Source: Epiperipatus broadwayi
Lineage: Eukaryota > Animalia > Onychophora
Length of the DNA: 64,000 bases
Direction of reading: 5' to 3'
Assembly (NCBI GenBank): GCA_028023455.1
Contig: JAQFVV010000005.1
Location: 186,001 to 250,000 of the forward strand
Below the pieces are notes generated by a model, which saw only the letters and a program-made list of their open reading frames with translations, had not been told where the DNA came from and ran no database searches. A program made the translations under genes and the position numbers. Every line of letters begins with the position of its first letter. Positions within the stretch are counted from its first letter, which is position 1. Shown piece by piece: positions 1 to 11,270 of the stretch.

Positions 1-680
1 ATATATTGAAGAAATTACAACAGATATATGCACCTCAATCGTACATTAGGTTTACGTTTAGGTTACTAAATGGGCTCCTTCCTACTAAGGCCCTGCTGAA
101 TAGTAGGCTCCATATGAACTTGGAACCAATATGTGTATTATGTAAAATAAAGGAAGATAGCTTGTTGCACTTATTTGAGGAGTGTAAAGCCCTCTGGCAC
201 ATTAGAAATAAAGTGTTTCATAAACCAGTAATAAACTTAAATAAAATAGTAAAAAGAAACTTTGTGAACTTTAACCCGCATAACACATTGGCAATAATAC
301 ATACATTGAAAACAATATGGTCCATAAGATGTAATGCGATCTATGATAATAAAAAGTATAACTGGTTAAAAAAACTAGATAAAGATTGGAGCAAATACTT
401 TAATCAATGCCTAAGATACCTACCGAAAAAAATGATGGTCAAAATATGGTGTGGATGTATGCCGACACTATGTGAAATGTGGGATTGATAATCTAAATCA
501 AAAATATTTATAGAAGACCTGGATATATAGTGATGCATTTCTATAGGGTAGTGTTTTTAAAGTAGAGTAAAATAATTATTATGTATATCTGATAGTTAAA
601 CCATGTGGTTTATTTGTAAAAAGTGTATATAAAATTTGTGTTATTAATAAAGAATATACTTTAAATAAATAAATATAAAT
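1..680 (+). mobile_element. 3' end of an L1/Tx1-like non-LTR retrotransposon (ORF2 C-terminal zinc-binding region, 3' UTR and tail)
   Basis: ORF 6..488 is open from the window edge and contains RLLNGLLPT...CVLC...DSLLHLFEEC...KTIWSIRCNAIY, typical of the L1/Tx1 CCHC C-terminus. AATAAA at 646-651 is followed by a (TAAA)n-like tail at 662-680. Confidence 0.75.
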
Positions 681-2919
681 GCCAAATATTACTAGTTTTG
701 TTAATTAAAATGTTATTTCAGTCCTATTATACAATCCCATCATCATAATTTGTTAGTTCTGTATTTAAGTGTATATGCCTTGGGGAAAATAAAGTGTTCT
801 TCTTACTATTGTTAATGAAAATAATTTTCAATATTTTGTCACATAACTAAATATAATTTTCAAATGTGTTTTACTTAATTTCACGACAGTAATGGCGCGA
901 AAATAATTTGCTTATATATATAATGAATCTTGGAACACTCCCCAAAATTATTAGTCACCATGTTTCAGAACCGTATATAAAAGCATTAATAGGCAATCTT
1001 TTTAATAATTGATTGGCATCTTAATATTGAACCCACCAAAGGTATGTGTTTATTTATAGTATATGTCATTTAATTAATAAAAGAGCATATGAGAAATAAT
1101 AGAGTGATATGTAATTATATACCGTTTGTTAGACTGCTTGCTCATTCACGCACATACTAATGTAAGCAATTAATTCATATTAAACTATTTTATTGTCTAA
1201 ACTTATTTGAGTCATTCGAAATCCTGTTTCTCCACTTCCACACATAGAACTACGTACATGAATATTTTAATTTAGTTAATATTGAGTCTCATTGTCTTCT
1301 CCGCTCTGCTAGTGGGCCGGACTTAAGAATTAATTCTCGTGTGCCATCATTGTTATGTTATCAATTAGGTGTTTGGTCTGGGGCTTAGGGAATGGGTTCG
1401 AATTCAGGTTGGTCTCTAATCTAAATCTCTGGCTTGACTGGGTTTGAAGTACATTTCATTGAGTTCCAGCTCATGTTAGATGGATCAACATGTTTAACCG
1501 GTACAGTATCACAGTAATAATTGCACAGAATTTATGAATCTCTAGAGTATTGTTTTTAAAAAATTAATTGCAGTTTAAACAGCTTGGTAAATCTTATTAT
1601 AAAGTTGTTTTTTTATTTTGTAATTGTCTTTTGAATTTCCTAGTCAATTTTCTCAAAAGGTCTTTATGGTTTTTATTTTTGGTTTTTCTTTACAATTGTG
1701 ACTTTATCTTTTATATTCATTTTGATTTTTCTATTCTCTTATTTTAGTGATTTTTTTTCTTCTCATCTATCACAGGTCATCAGAATCAGTGTCACATCTA
1801 AATCATTATCATAAGTGCTTTGCACCCATTACAAGCTTAAATAATCAATAGGTGCCAGATATAATGCTTATTAAACCCTATCAAATATTGCCTTATCCAT
1901 ATCCCAATCTAATTTATAGCTTAAGGTCTTTATTAGTAAGAAGTTTTAAAAAATGTTGGATTATTTTGTATCTATTGTTTTTTTCTATTCAATAGCCATC
2001 TTACAATGACAAGCCACCAATCCAAAACTTAAAGACATGTTCTGAACCCAAAAGATAGCTGCTAGATGCATTGCATTCAAAACATTCAATTACACTAAAT
2101 TCAGATCCAGAACTCATTAATGTCATAGGCCATAAACTGAAACCAATCTGAGATATGGATAGGGATGTAATAAGGACTAAATGGTATTTATTGATTAATC
2201 AAGCTTACACTAGATGGCAAAGCTGGAGTAGAATAAAAAGTTTTGTTCTTGAGAAGCATTACAAATTGAGATCATGTGATGTTTTTGGAATTTAATTCAT
2301 TAACTTTTTACTTTATATGCTTCTAGTTATGTTTTAGCTATTATTAATCAAAGTCTTTTATTTCTGGTTGCTATTACAGGAATTACAAATTAATGTTAAA
2401 TGAAATATTGGTATTAGCAAATTCATTAGTCTAATGAATGACTAATAAAAATAAAAGTAAAATAGTTTAGAATTACTTACATGTAACCAAAACCAAAGTT
2501 AATGGATCTGGGAAATTATATGTAATTACCATAATGGAAAAATATATTACAAAAGGAAGAAAGCAATTATCATCCAGAGGATATATTTTGGAGAACAAAA
2601 ATCTTAAGTAATATTACAGAAGTTATATTAAACTAATTAAATCTAGCTAATTATCTTAAGAAATTAGCACTTATCCCCCAAAACAAAATACTTCAGAAAG
2701 AATAAGGACTAGTATATATATAAAATTATCACAAAGAGTCATCATCTATTTCTGCTTCATTGGGATCTTCTTAGAATTGTATTTGAAATAATGGAAGAAT
2801 GTAGTGAGGGATATTTTCTCCTGGGAACTCAGTCCCCTTAGGTCAGAAAACTGACTAGGAGCTAAATTCCAATCTTTATTATTATTTTGTAAGTCTAACA
2901 GGCAGCTAAAATGTAAAAG

Positions 2920-3450
2920 TAATATACTAGAAAGATTGTAGAAAGTAGTATGGAATTATAATACTAGTCTATCCATTAAAGTATAAGATTTGGCTATCTT
3001 AATATATATCTGAGCACTTATGGCATGTATGTGTGGAGATGGTTATCTGGACCAACTGATGATTGCTGGTTTAGCATGAAATGCGTATATTGGTGATTAT
3101 TTATCTTTTCAACATATATGTATTCAAGTGTATCAGTGTTATGAGATAGTGTGGAGAGTGGTGGGTCGTGTGAAAGTCTGTGCTCATGTACCCTATATAA
3201 TACTAGTCTATATATAGTTCATATAATACTATCCTATATATCTTTAGAGAAAGACTAAAGTAAGTATGGAATTATAGTACTAGTTTATATATGATTTAGA
3301 GAAAAACTATAAAATTAATATGGAATCATAATTCTAACTTATACTTAGTTAAAGGAATAATCTGTAAAAGAAATATTGAGTTATAATACTAACTTATAAG
3401 CAATTTATCAAATATACTGCATAGTATGGAATTAAGTGGTTAAATGAATA
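2920..3450. repeat. Degenerate AT-rich minisatellite (about 45-50 bp unit)
   Basis: Recurrent AAGTAAGTATGGAATTATA(A/G)TACTAGT-like units, interrupted by a 223-bp insert at 2973-3195. Confidence 0.55.
3051..3094 (+). ncRNA. Type I hammerhead ribozyme motif (family D)
   Basis: ACCAA-CTGATGA-T TGCTG GTT TAGCA T-GAAA-TGCGTAT-A-TTGGT. Core intact, stem I ACCAA/TTGGT, stem II closed by a U.U mismatch, near-palindromic stem III. Confidence 0.6.
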
Positions 3451-4270
3451 ATCTGTGATGATAGGATAGAAAGTGATATCCTATATGTAGTAAAATTAAT
3501 AATCAATGGCATACATTCTATAATTCTATTACATAGTTAAGTAAATGAAATAAAACCATATGGATTATATCTGAAAGAATAAACTACCATGATATGATAG
3601 AATTATATTTAGCATATGCATGAGCAATAGACAGTTAATTTAATATGTATCAATATTAGATTTTAGGTAAAAAGGATAGCAGAACTATCAAGTCTCATGA
3701 TAACTGAAATCTATATATATTTATATTTTGATTTGTTAAAGTAATATTTCATATGGTTATATTGACTTAATAGTTTATTTGCACCCAGTGTTAATTTACT
3801 ATTGAAATATTTATGGTAGTCTGATTCCTAGAATATAACTTTCCTTAATAGAGAATCAGGAAATCAGAAATAACATTAAATCAATTATTTTTTTTTGCAT
3901 AATGATTCAGTTCCGGTTTATTACTTAAAATTCCAGTCAAAATTATTGAGAACTGTTGAAACTTCAGTGAATATTAAAATTTATTGATTCAGTTCTGAGT
4001 AAATTTTAAAAATGCATGTTCTTAAAATGAAGATATTCAGTAAATAAATCAATACATCTAATAAATAAAAAAATAAAACATTTTTATTATCATGTAAGAA
4101 TATACAATCAAAAGTTAAATTATTTATCATTACTGGAGATGAAAATCAAAACTGGTGCACTGTGTTATTAATTGTAATAGCATCTAAAGATAAAAAAAAT
4201 TACAGTATAATAATAGTTAAAGATTAGTAACAACTATTGAGAAACTCGAAAGAGGCAAAATCCCTCATAC

Positions 4271-4473
4271 CTCTTGATAAGAATTTTAATGTTTGTAAAT
4301 TGATCATTTTTGTAGACTACTTGAGCATATCCAATAGCACAAAATAATCTCCCAGCACTACTATTGTCATCTTCAAAATGGTAATGTTTAAATTTGTATA
4401 TAGCCTCACACTCAATAATAGCGAAGCAACACGAAGATGGTATTACGTATTTTCCATGGCCCCCGTCAGTCAT
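4271..4473 (-). CDS. Candidate first coding exon of an unidentified gene
   Basis: ATG-initiated open frame (MTDGGHGKYVIPSSCC...KILIKR) with an in-frame stop 5 codons upstream and a plausible donor AG|GTATGA at 4271/4270. Product not recognised. Confidence 0.35.
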
Positions 4474-5611
4474 TTGATTTAAACATTATAGAATCTCTCT
4501 AAATCCTTAAAAACTATAAAAGATCTATTTACTGCATTAACACCATTCAAAAAATATGATATTTTTTCTTCATTAAGAATGACTTAATATTTATCTACCA
4601 TTCAAATGTTATGCATTTCTTTCTATATAAAATATAAGTTTTTAATACAAAATGGTTGCACTATTTCATATTTTTATAACTATTAAATTCCTTTATGTAA
4701 TATACTTTAAATAAGTCATTAATCAAGCAAACGTAAAAGTTGATATTTAAATTGGTCATTAATTTAATATATCCAAATTCTTTACTCGCCTACACTAAAA
4801 AAAAAAATAATAAAACAAGTAAAAAGCCTATGTTTCTCTATATAATGTTGTTAATTAAACGTTTTATTGAATATTGTCGAAATTGATTTTATTTTATCCA
4901 CTTCACTTGCGTTCAATTCTTTTAATGTAATTTTTGAAAAGGGCAAATTTAAAATTCAAATGGTTTTTTTTTCTTTCAAAAATATTTGGATAAATATTTT
5001 TATAAAATTATTGGAAACTATTATTCTCTTAAACATTGATTAATTAGTTATTTAGGAATTCTGGGTATTTTTTTCTTTTCCGTTTTACCGTGGCTTTCTT
5101 CTTTGTAATATTAAACTTATTAGTTTATAAGTGGTTTGGGAGGGGGATAGTAGATAGTATAACAAATCAGTTATTATATCTTAAGTTTTAAATAATCTTG
5201 TTTATTATTAAAAAATATTTATATGCATTATTTGTTTTTTTATTTATAACTTTTATCTTAAAAAGGACGTGACTAATTTTATCAGTTTCCTCAGTTAGTT
5301 TTATATGTAAATATTTAATGTCTTCTTTACAACTTAAAATGTTATTGCTAGGTATTTTATACAAATTGGAGTCTCACCAACCATCGCGCATATAAAAATG
5401 CCTCTTATAATCAGTTAAAAAAAGAATATTCAAATCCTGAATATGAGAAATATGCTGAGATTTGTCAACAAATTTCAAAAGAGCATTGTTTATTAAACAG
5501 TATATCATTCTTCTATGTGTGTAGGATTACTATTGCATTATTGAAAACTTTCATCTCATATGGTATCAAAATCGACTAATCATGGAAGATTTAAAAAAGT
5601 TTCAAATCACT

Positions 5612-5823
5612 AAATATCACACGATCGCCATTCCTTATGCTTACATAAGCTGTTATAACAGACGCAAAACTCTCCAGATAGTTGTGCCACCCATTGCAAG
5701 CTAGAAACTAATCTGGGATATTGGGTTAGTAGGCGCTAGATAGGATTTTATGCACAGACTTTTTTGCATTCACTGACTACCTTGGCTTGTTCTGGATGGC
5801 ATTATTGTATGAAGAGTTTTGAC
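5612..5823. repeat. HHR repeat family A, rearranged fragment
   Basis: Forward piece (GCAAAACTCTCC...) joined to an inverted piece that starts CAAGCTAGAAACTAATCTGGGATATTGG (3' half of the HHR). Matches the 20.3 kb and 43 kb copies. Confidence 0.75.
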
Positions 5824-5879
5824 ATTTTTTGGCAGAGAATGATTTGGCATTGGAAATTTATCAAATATTTATGAATGGC

Positions 5880-7397
5880 AATACACATGGTCTAGAAATA
5901 ATATATTTCACACAATAGATTACTGCATTAATAGAGAAAGAAGGAATGAATAAAGTATGGAAAATTAAAGTGATTGATAATGAAGAGAGAATATGTAATA
6001 GTAATCACAATTTCTTTATAAAAACAGGCAAAACTATCTATACATATTGCCACTCAATGGATGCCAGAAGGCTTGTGCATAAAATCTTTATCTAGTGCCT
6101 TTGCCTGTTTTAATAACAGTTTTGAGCAAGCAAAAGAAATGGTGATCATGTGACATTTATTGGCTTAAAATTTCTTCATAATAGAAATGGTTAGTAATAT
6201 GATGAAAAATAGTAATAAAAGTAGAAAAGGATAGTGAAAGATGTGATTGGAGAATGTATGATAAGAATATAAAATAAAAGTAGAAGTAATCATGGAAGAG
6301 TTTGTTGGGAATGAATATAAGAATTGGTGTGTGAAGTAGAAAAAGTGGCAAATAGGGTTTTAGATGAGAATATTCAGAAGAATGATTGTAGTAGATAATT
6401 AAGAATTAGTAAAAGTAAAAAAAAAAGAAAGAAAAAAAACATGCAGAGAATATAAATGTGCTATTAAAAACAAAGAAAGTGAAAAAGATGTTAATATTAA
6501 ATGGGAAAATATTTTTTTAAAAAGTTGGCTAAAATAGATAATTATATAGAGAGAATGAAATTAAATAGTTAATTATTAATAAAAGTGGAAGAGATGACAG
6601 CAAAAAATTCTGGAAATATATTAAAAGAAGGAATGTAGAGAGAGAGAAATAATATTACTAAATGATGAGAAAAAAGAGTGTAGCTCTAAAGAAGAATTAG
6701 AGACAATCTTAAATAAGTATGTAATGGATATAGAAAAGATGTTAGGTGTGAAGGACAGAGTGATAAAAAATATAAAAGCACATAGTAATGGAAATATTAG
6801 TTTTACAGAAAATGAATTCAATGAGGCAGAGAAGAAATTGAAAAATGGAAAGGCAAGAAGTTTAAATGGATGGGCAATAGAGATGGTAATGAATTTGGGA
6901 AATAAGGCAAAATTAAATTGATTATCATGTTTTAATAAGATGGCATGGATGGCAGAATTTTCAAATACCTGGAATAATACAAGAGTAAGGCTTTTATTTA
7001 AAGGCAAGCATAAGGATCATAGAAAGTTAAACAATTATAAACCAATAACGGTATAATCAGTGTTATATATGTTTTTGCATATATGGCGGCTGGAAGGATG
7101 GCAAAATGGATGGAGAAGAAAATAATATGGTGGGAGAAATGAAAAGAGGTTTTAAATCAGATATGTGCATAGGAGGTAGTTTATTTATAGTCACACAACT
7201 TATAGATATAAGTAGGAATACAGGTAGACAATGGTCTTTATAGATATAGAGAAGGCATATGATAGAGTAAATAGAAGTAGATTATGGGTAGGTTTAGTAA
7301 ATTTGGGAATGAGTGGAGCTTTAGTGGATCTTATTAAGAGATTGTATGAGAATAATTACTATACATATCAATTAGGAAATAGAGAATCAGTTAGTGT
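5880..7397 (+). mobile_element. Decayed RTE/RTEX-like LINE fragment (pre-RT linker and start of RT)
   Basis: KLKNGKARSLNGWAIEMV, NNYKPI, and IDIEKAYDRVNRSRLWVGL in ORF 7231..7446. Homologous to 12940-13726. Interrupted at 6022-6168 and truncated at about 7397 by the Penelope element. Confidence 0.8.
6022..6168. mobile_element. HHR repeat family A short insertion with internal inversion and 13-bp TSD
   Basis: Flanked by AATTTCTT(T/C)ATAA at 6009-6021 and 6169-6181. Both arms match family A in opposite orientations. Confidence 0.75.
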
Positions 7398-7554
7398 TTT
7401 ACTGAAGGTTTGTGATGGTGATGTTTTAGTTGTATTTATATGTTAGACTATTTCTGTCATCTAATATGAGTATTGAATATCTTTAAAAAAAATTAACTTT
7501 ATTTAAATATTCCAAATACATTCAACTATTAGTAATAGTATCCAGGTTAGTTTT

Positions 7555-7603
7555 GTGCACAATGTTTTGAGAGGCATTATTCTCCCCTCTTCTTCAGCTG
7601 TTT
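7555..7603 (-). ncRNA. Degenerate hammerhead-like motif in Penelope pLTR (family C)
   Basis: CTGAAGA-A-GAGGGG...CCTCTC-AAAAC (GAAAC in the 24.1 kb copy). Stems I and III could not be resolved. Confidence 0.4.
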
Positions 7604-7629
7604 CTGGCCTGACCAGTGACAGTATTAGT

Positions 7630-7709
7630 ATGGGAATTGAACCTGGATCCTTAGATTCTTTTGAGTATTGAAATTTTAAGGTAATGCTATAACCAACAGC
7701 TACCCTGCC
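7630..7709 (-). promoter_or_regulatory. tRNA-derived segment (A-box/B-box-like) inside the Penelope 3' pLTR
   Basis: GGCAGGGTAGCTGTTGGTTATAGCATT (D-arm/A-box-like) ... AATCTAAGGATCCAGGTTCAATTCCC (T-arm/B-box-like). The homologous copy has a consensus B box, GGTTCGAATCCC, at 24169-24180. Confidence 0.5.
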
Positions 7710-10070
7710 AAAGGCAACAGTTAGTAGAAATTTCATATACTTATCCATGAGGTTCCTCTGATTTCTCCACCTTTTTCTAAGAGCACAGTTGATTGGTGTT
7801 TTCCATACATTATGTATAGTCACACTAGGTTGGCTTATGGGATTGTTTGCCATTGTCATGTGAGCAGCTTATTTAAATTTTTCTTCATTATAACTTTTTT
7901 TCTCTATCCTTTTCCAATTGAACATGTGCTCATTGGTACATACATGGCCTGCTACCTTAGACACACCTGTTTTCTCTCTACTATTCACCAGTTTGTGTTT
8001 TTGCAAGTGCTTTTCAATGGGATGACTAAGTCTCACCAATATACTTTCACATTCACATGGTATTTCATAGATGCAGTTTTTTCTTTTCAACATTTCAAGT
8101 TTAGGCTTTCATCATAGTGTGGTATGGCTCTGGAAAGCTGTTCTGATGTTATACTAACTGCAGATTTTTCTTAATTTGTCTGCTATTTTTGGTAGTATGG
8201 GTTCACTACCAATAATTGTTTTTTCTTTTGCATTATTTTTGTTGTCTATTTAAGGTTTTCTTAATAACAGCTGATGGATAACCATTTTTCATAAGAGTTT
8301 GTTCTAAATAGAACTTTTCTTTTTTCAAATCGCTGGTTTCTGAACAAACATCTTTTGCTCTATTCCATAGTGATAGTCCAACTCCATATTTTGTGTTTCT
8401 GGTATGATTAGATTTGTGTTTCTGGTATGATTAGATGTATAGGCTAAGTATTTTCCTGTATGTGTGAGTTTTGATTTTGTCATTAAGGATTCTTGTCACA
8501 AGATCATCTAAGAATACCAATTTTTGTTCTTGTTCTGATTCTACTGTGAATTTAATTGAAGGAGATATGTTGTTGATGTGTTTCCAGATAGTTTGTAGTA
8601 GTGTTTCACTATGTGGCTATACAACAAATGAGATAAATTTAGACTTTTTTTTTCCATATCATTCTGTCTTTGTCCATATATATGTATGTATGTTGATTGT
8701 AATGAGAATTTTTATGATCAATAAATATTGGATTTTTATTAGAGATCAAGGACTTTGATATGAACTTAACTTCTGTTTATGTTTATAATGTTAACATATA
8801 GATTTGAAAACTATTGTTTGTCATAGTACTATACTGTATATATATATATATAAGATTCAATAATATCTTTTCTACTATTAATATATATCATATAAACTAT
8901 TTTAAAAGATCAAGGCTATACTTACAGAAATAAAAATTGCAATTTATCTCTAGTAAAATCTGTTTGTATTGTTCCTTTGTCCCAAAAACTTACATAGTGT
9001 CAAGCAAAATCCCTGCTTTTACTATTATTGCAATTATGTAATGCATTTTTTAATAGATAATTTTTCATATAAAATAATATTTAAACATTAAAAGCCTAAA
9101 GCTAAACTAGTCAATAAAATAACTAAAATTATCCCATCTTCAAAAGTAAACCAGATTGGCCAAAGAAAATAAACTTTATAATACGGCCATTGGTTTCCCT
9201 GCTAAAAGCAAACTTCTTAAGTGCAAAGGATTAAGACTTACCAACAAATATAGTTAACTATTACAATTCCCACACACCCTTAATATTAAAAAAAAACTTT
9301 TAAATAAGTTAATTGCTTCAGAATGTTACATTTTTAATGATAGATTTTTTAATATTTATAATTATAAAAATTTCGTAAGAAATATTTTTATTTAACCTGA
9401 GGACTGATTCACTAGAAAGGCCAAAAAAAATTTTTTTTCTTGGATAACAATTTTGGTTATTATAAGTAACTGTAAATAAAAGTGTGAGACATTCTTAAAT
9501 TAATTAAATTAAGCAGTACAGTTTTTGATCAGACCACACGTTCTATTGGTTGGATTAATTAATTTATGGATGGCTCATTATTTAAAGTTACATATAATGA
9601 CCAAAATTGTGGTTCAATAACTTCTTTTTTGCTTTGTATTAATTCTCAAATTAAAGCATTTCTTAAAAAATATTTTTTATATATATTATGCTTATTTTTT
9701 AGTTTGCATGTTTTGTTTCAAAAATATACACATACAAAACTTGAAGATCTGTTCAGTAAAAGAAGTTAAATAAAATATATCTAATAATTATATAGAATCA
9801 TTTAAAATCAAGATTTTTAGTTTTATGAAGGTAGCAGTTTTTTTAAAAAAGCTAGTTTTATATAAACAATCCAAAGCTTTTAAACACAAAGTGGATGTAA
9901 AAAATAAAATAGACAAAAAGTGAATTTCTTTGGCTTATGTGCCGTCTGAAAGTCTGAAGTTAAAAAATATAATTGGTAAAGATTATAATATAGTACTCTG
10001 ATCACCTTTGTGTTTAAATAGACTAATAAATAATTCAAAGGATAGTGTGGAAGAAATGAATAAGTATGAA

Positions 10071-10525
10071 ATGATTTATTCAATTGCCTGTAGAGAAATT
10101 AGTTGCAATGCTATTTATTACGGTGAAACAAAGGCTAATGTATTGTCGTGATTGCAACAGCATATTTATCAATATAAAAAAATCTAAAAGTGATTCACAA
10201 GTTAATTCAGTTTTTTTCAGATCATCAAAAGTAGTTGTGGACATGAGTTTTATCCTCAAAATATCAGTACTGTGTGCAATGAATTAAACGATAGAAAGAG
10301 GAAGTTGAAAGAGGCTTAGTTTATTGCGAAGTCTAAAAATGTTATCAATCAGCATAACATTAATGTTCCACTGAGCATGCACTGGAATATTAACCATTCA
10401 GTTCCAATATGTCACTATGAGTCAGGTACACGGTACCAAAAGTGCTTGGCAAAATAGTGTTAGTGGTTAATATTTTTGAATTTTTTCTACTCTGTTGTCA
10501 CATTTTATACTTGTACAATAATAAA
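10071..10525 (+). mobile_element. Penelope-like GIY-YIG endonuclease remnant with 3' end
   Basis: MIYSIACREISCNAIYYGETKANVLS*LQQH ... GHEFYPQNISTVCNELNDRKRKLKEA*FIAKSKNVIN. Decayed HHR-like motif at about 10410-10452. Confidence 0.75.
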
Positions 10526-11150
10526 CACTCCAAAGGAAAATTAAGATTTCTTTCATTTCTTTTTCTTTCTGTTTTAATTAACTATAAACACCATTAAAAT
10601 TTCTTCCTTAAATTAAATAAAATTGTTTTATTAAAAAATATAGCCATCTATCGCACAAGACTAAAAACTTATCAAATCAATTTGAATGCAGTTTGAAATA
10701 TGGCTTACCAACATTATTAGGTTAAATAATTCTGAAATATTATATTGTCATCTATACTAAAACTTTGTACAAAATTTGGGAAAAAGTTCATTTAGTGTAG
10801 GTTAAAAATCATGTTATAAGATTTTTATTAAAGCAACAGTTTAAAAAAGCAAGTTTTACATAAACAGTCCAAAGGGAAATTAAAATTTCATCCTTCCTTT
10901 TTTTTTTCTATTTTAATTAATTGTAAATACCTTAAAATGTTTTCCGCAAATTAAACAAAGTGTTTTCTTAAAAAATAGAGTAGAATCTATTGTGCACGAC
11001 TAAAAATTTATTATAGCAATTCAAATGTAGTTTGAAATCTGTTACCACCAATACTGTTAGACTGGACAGCCATAAAAGATTGCATTGATTGCCATCAAAA
11101 TGTGTACAAAATTTGAAGAAAATCCACTCGATTAAAAATCACAAGATTTG
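10522..11150. repeat. Degenerate tandem repeat, about 340-bp unit (nearly two copies)
   Basis: AAACA(C/G)TCCAAAGG at 10522 and 10862 with colinear downstream similarity; related piece near 9780-9880. Confidence 0.6.
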
Positions 11151-11270
11151 ATCTAAATAAACAGAAATTTTAAGTTAAGTAAAAGTATTCAATAACAGCT
11201 AGCTGATTTCAACAATTGAACAGATAATAGTAAAAATAATTTTCAATGAGGTTCAATTATAGTTTAACAT

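Larger units (their letters stand above)
7398..8760 (-). mobile_element. Penelope-like element remnant (RT C-terminal part, GIY-YIG endonuclease, 3' pLTR)
   Basis: The minus strand gives HINNISPSIKFTVESEQEQKLVFLDDLVTR...THTYRK (Penelope RT), then CIYEIPCEC...VAGHVCTNEHMFNW (GIY-YIG), then PISQPSVTIHNVWK, then a 3' repeat homologous to 23948-24398. Multiple stops and frameshifts. Confidence 0.85.

Noticed and set aside
900-1010. Possible EFHD2 first exon or other host exon
   Set aside because: No swiprosin-like FSRKQIK motif; the minus strand instead reads FIYGSETW, an RTE LINE motif.
9400-9435. CTGAGGA...GAAAGGCC hammerhead-like motif
   Set aside because: No stem II pairing and no stem I partner; too degenerate to call.
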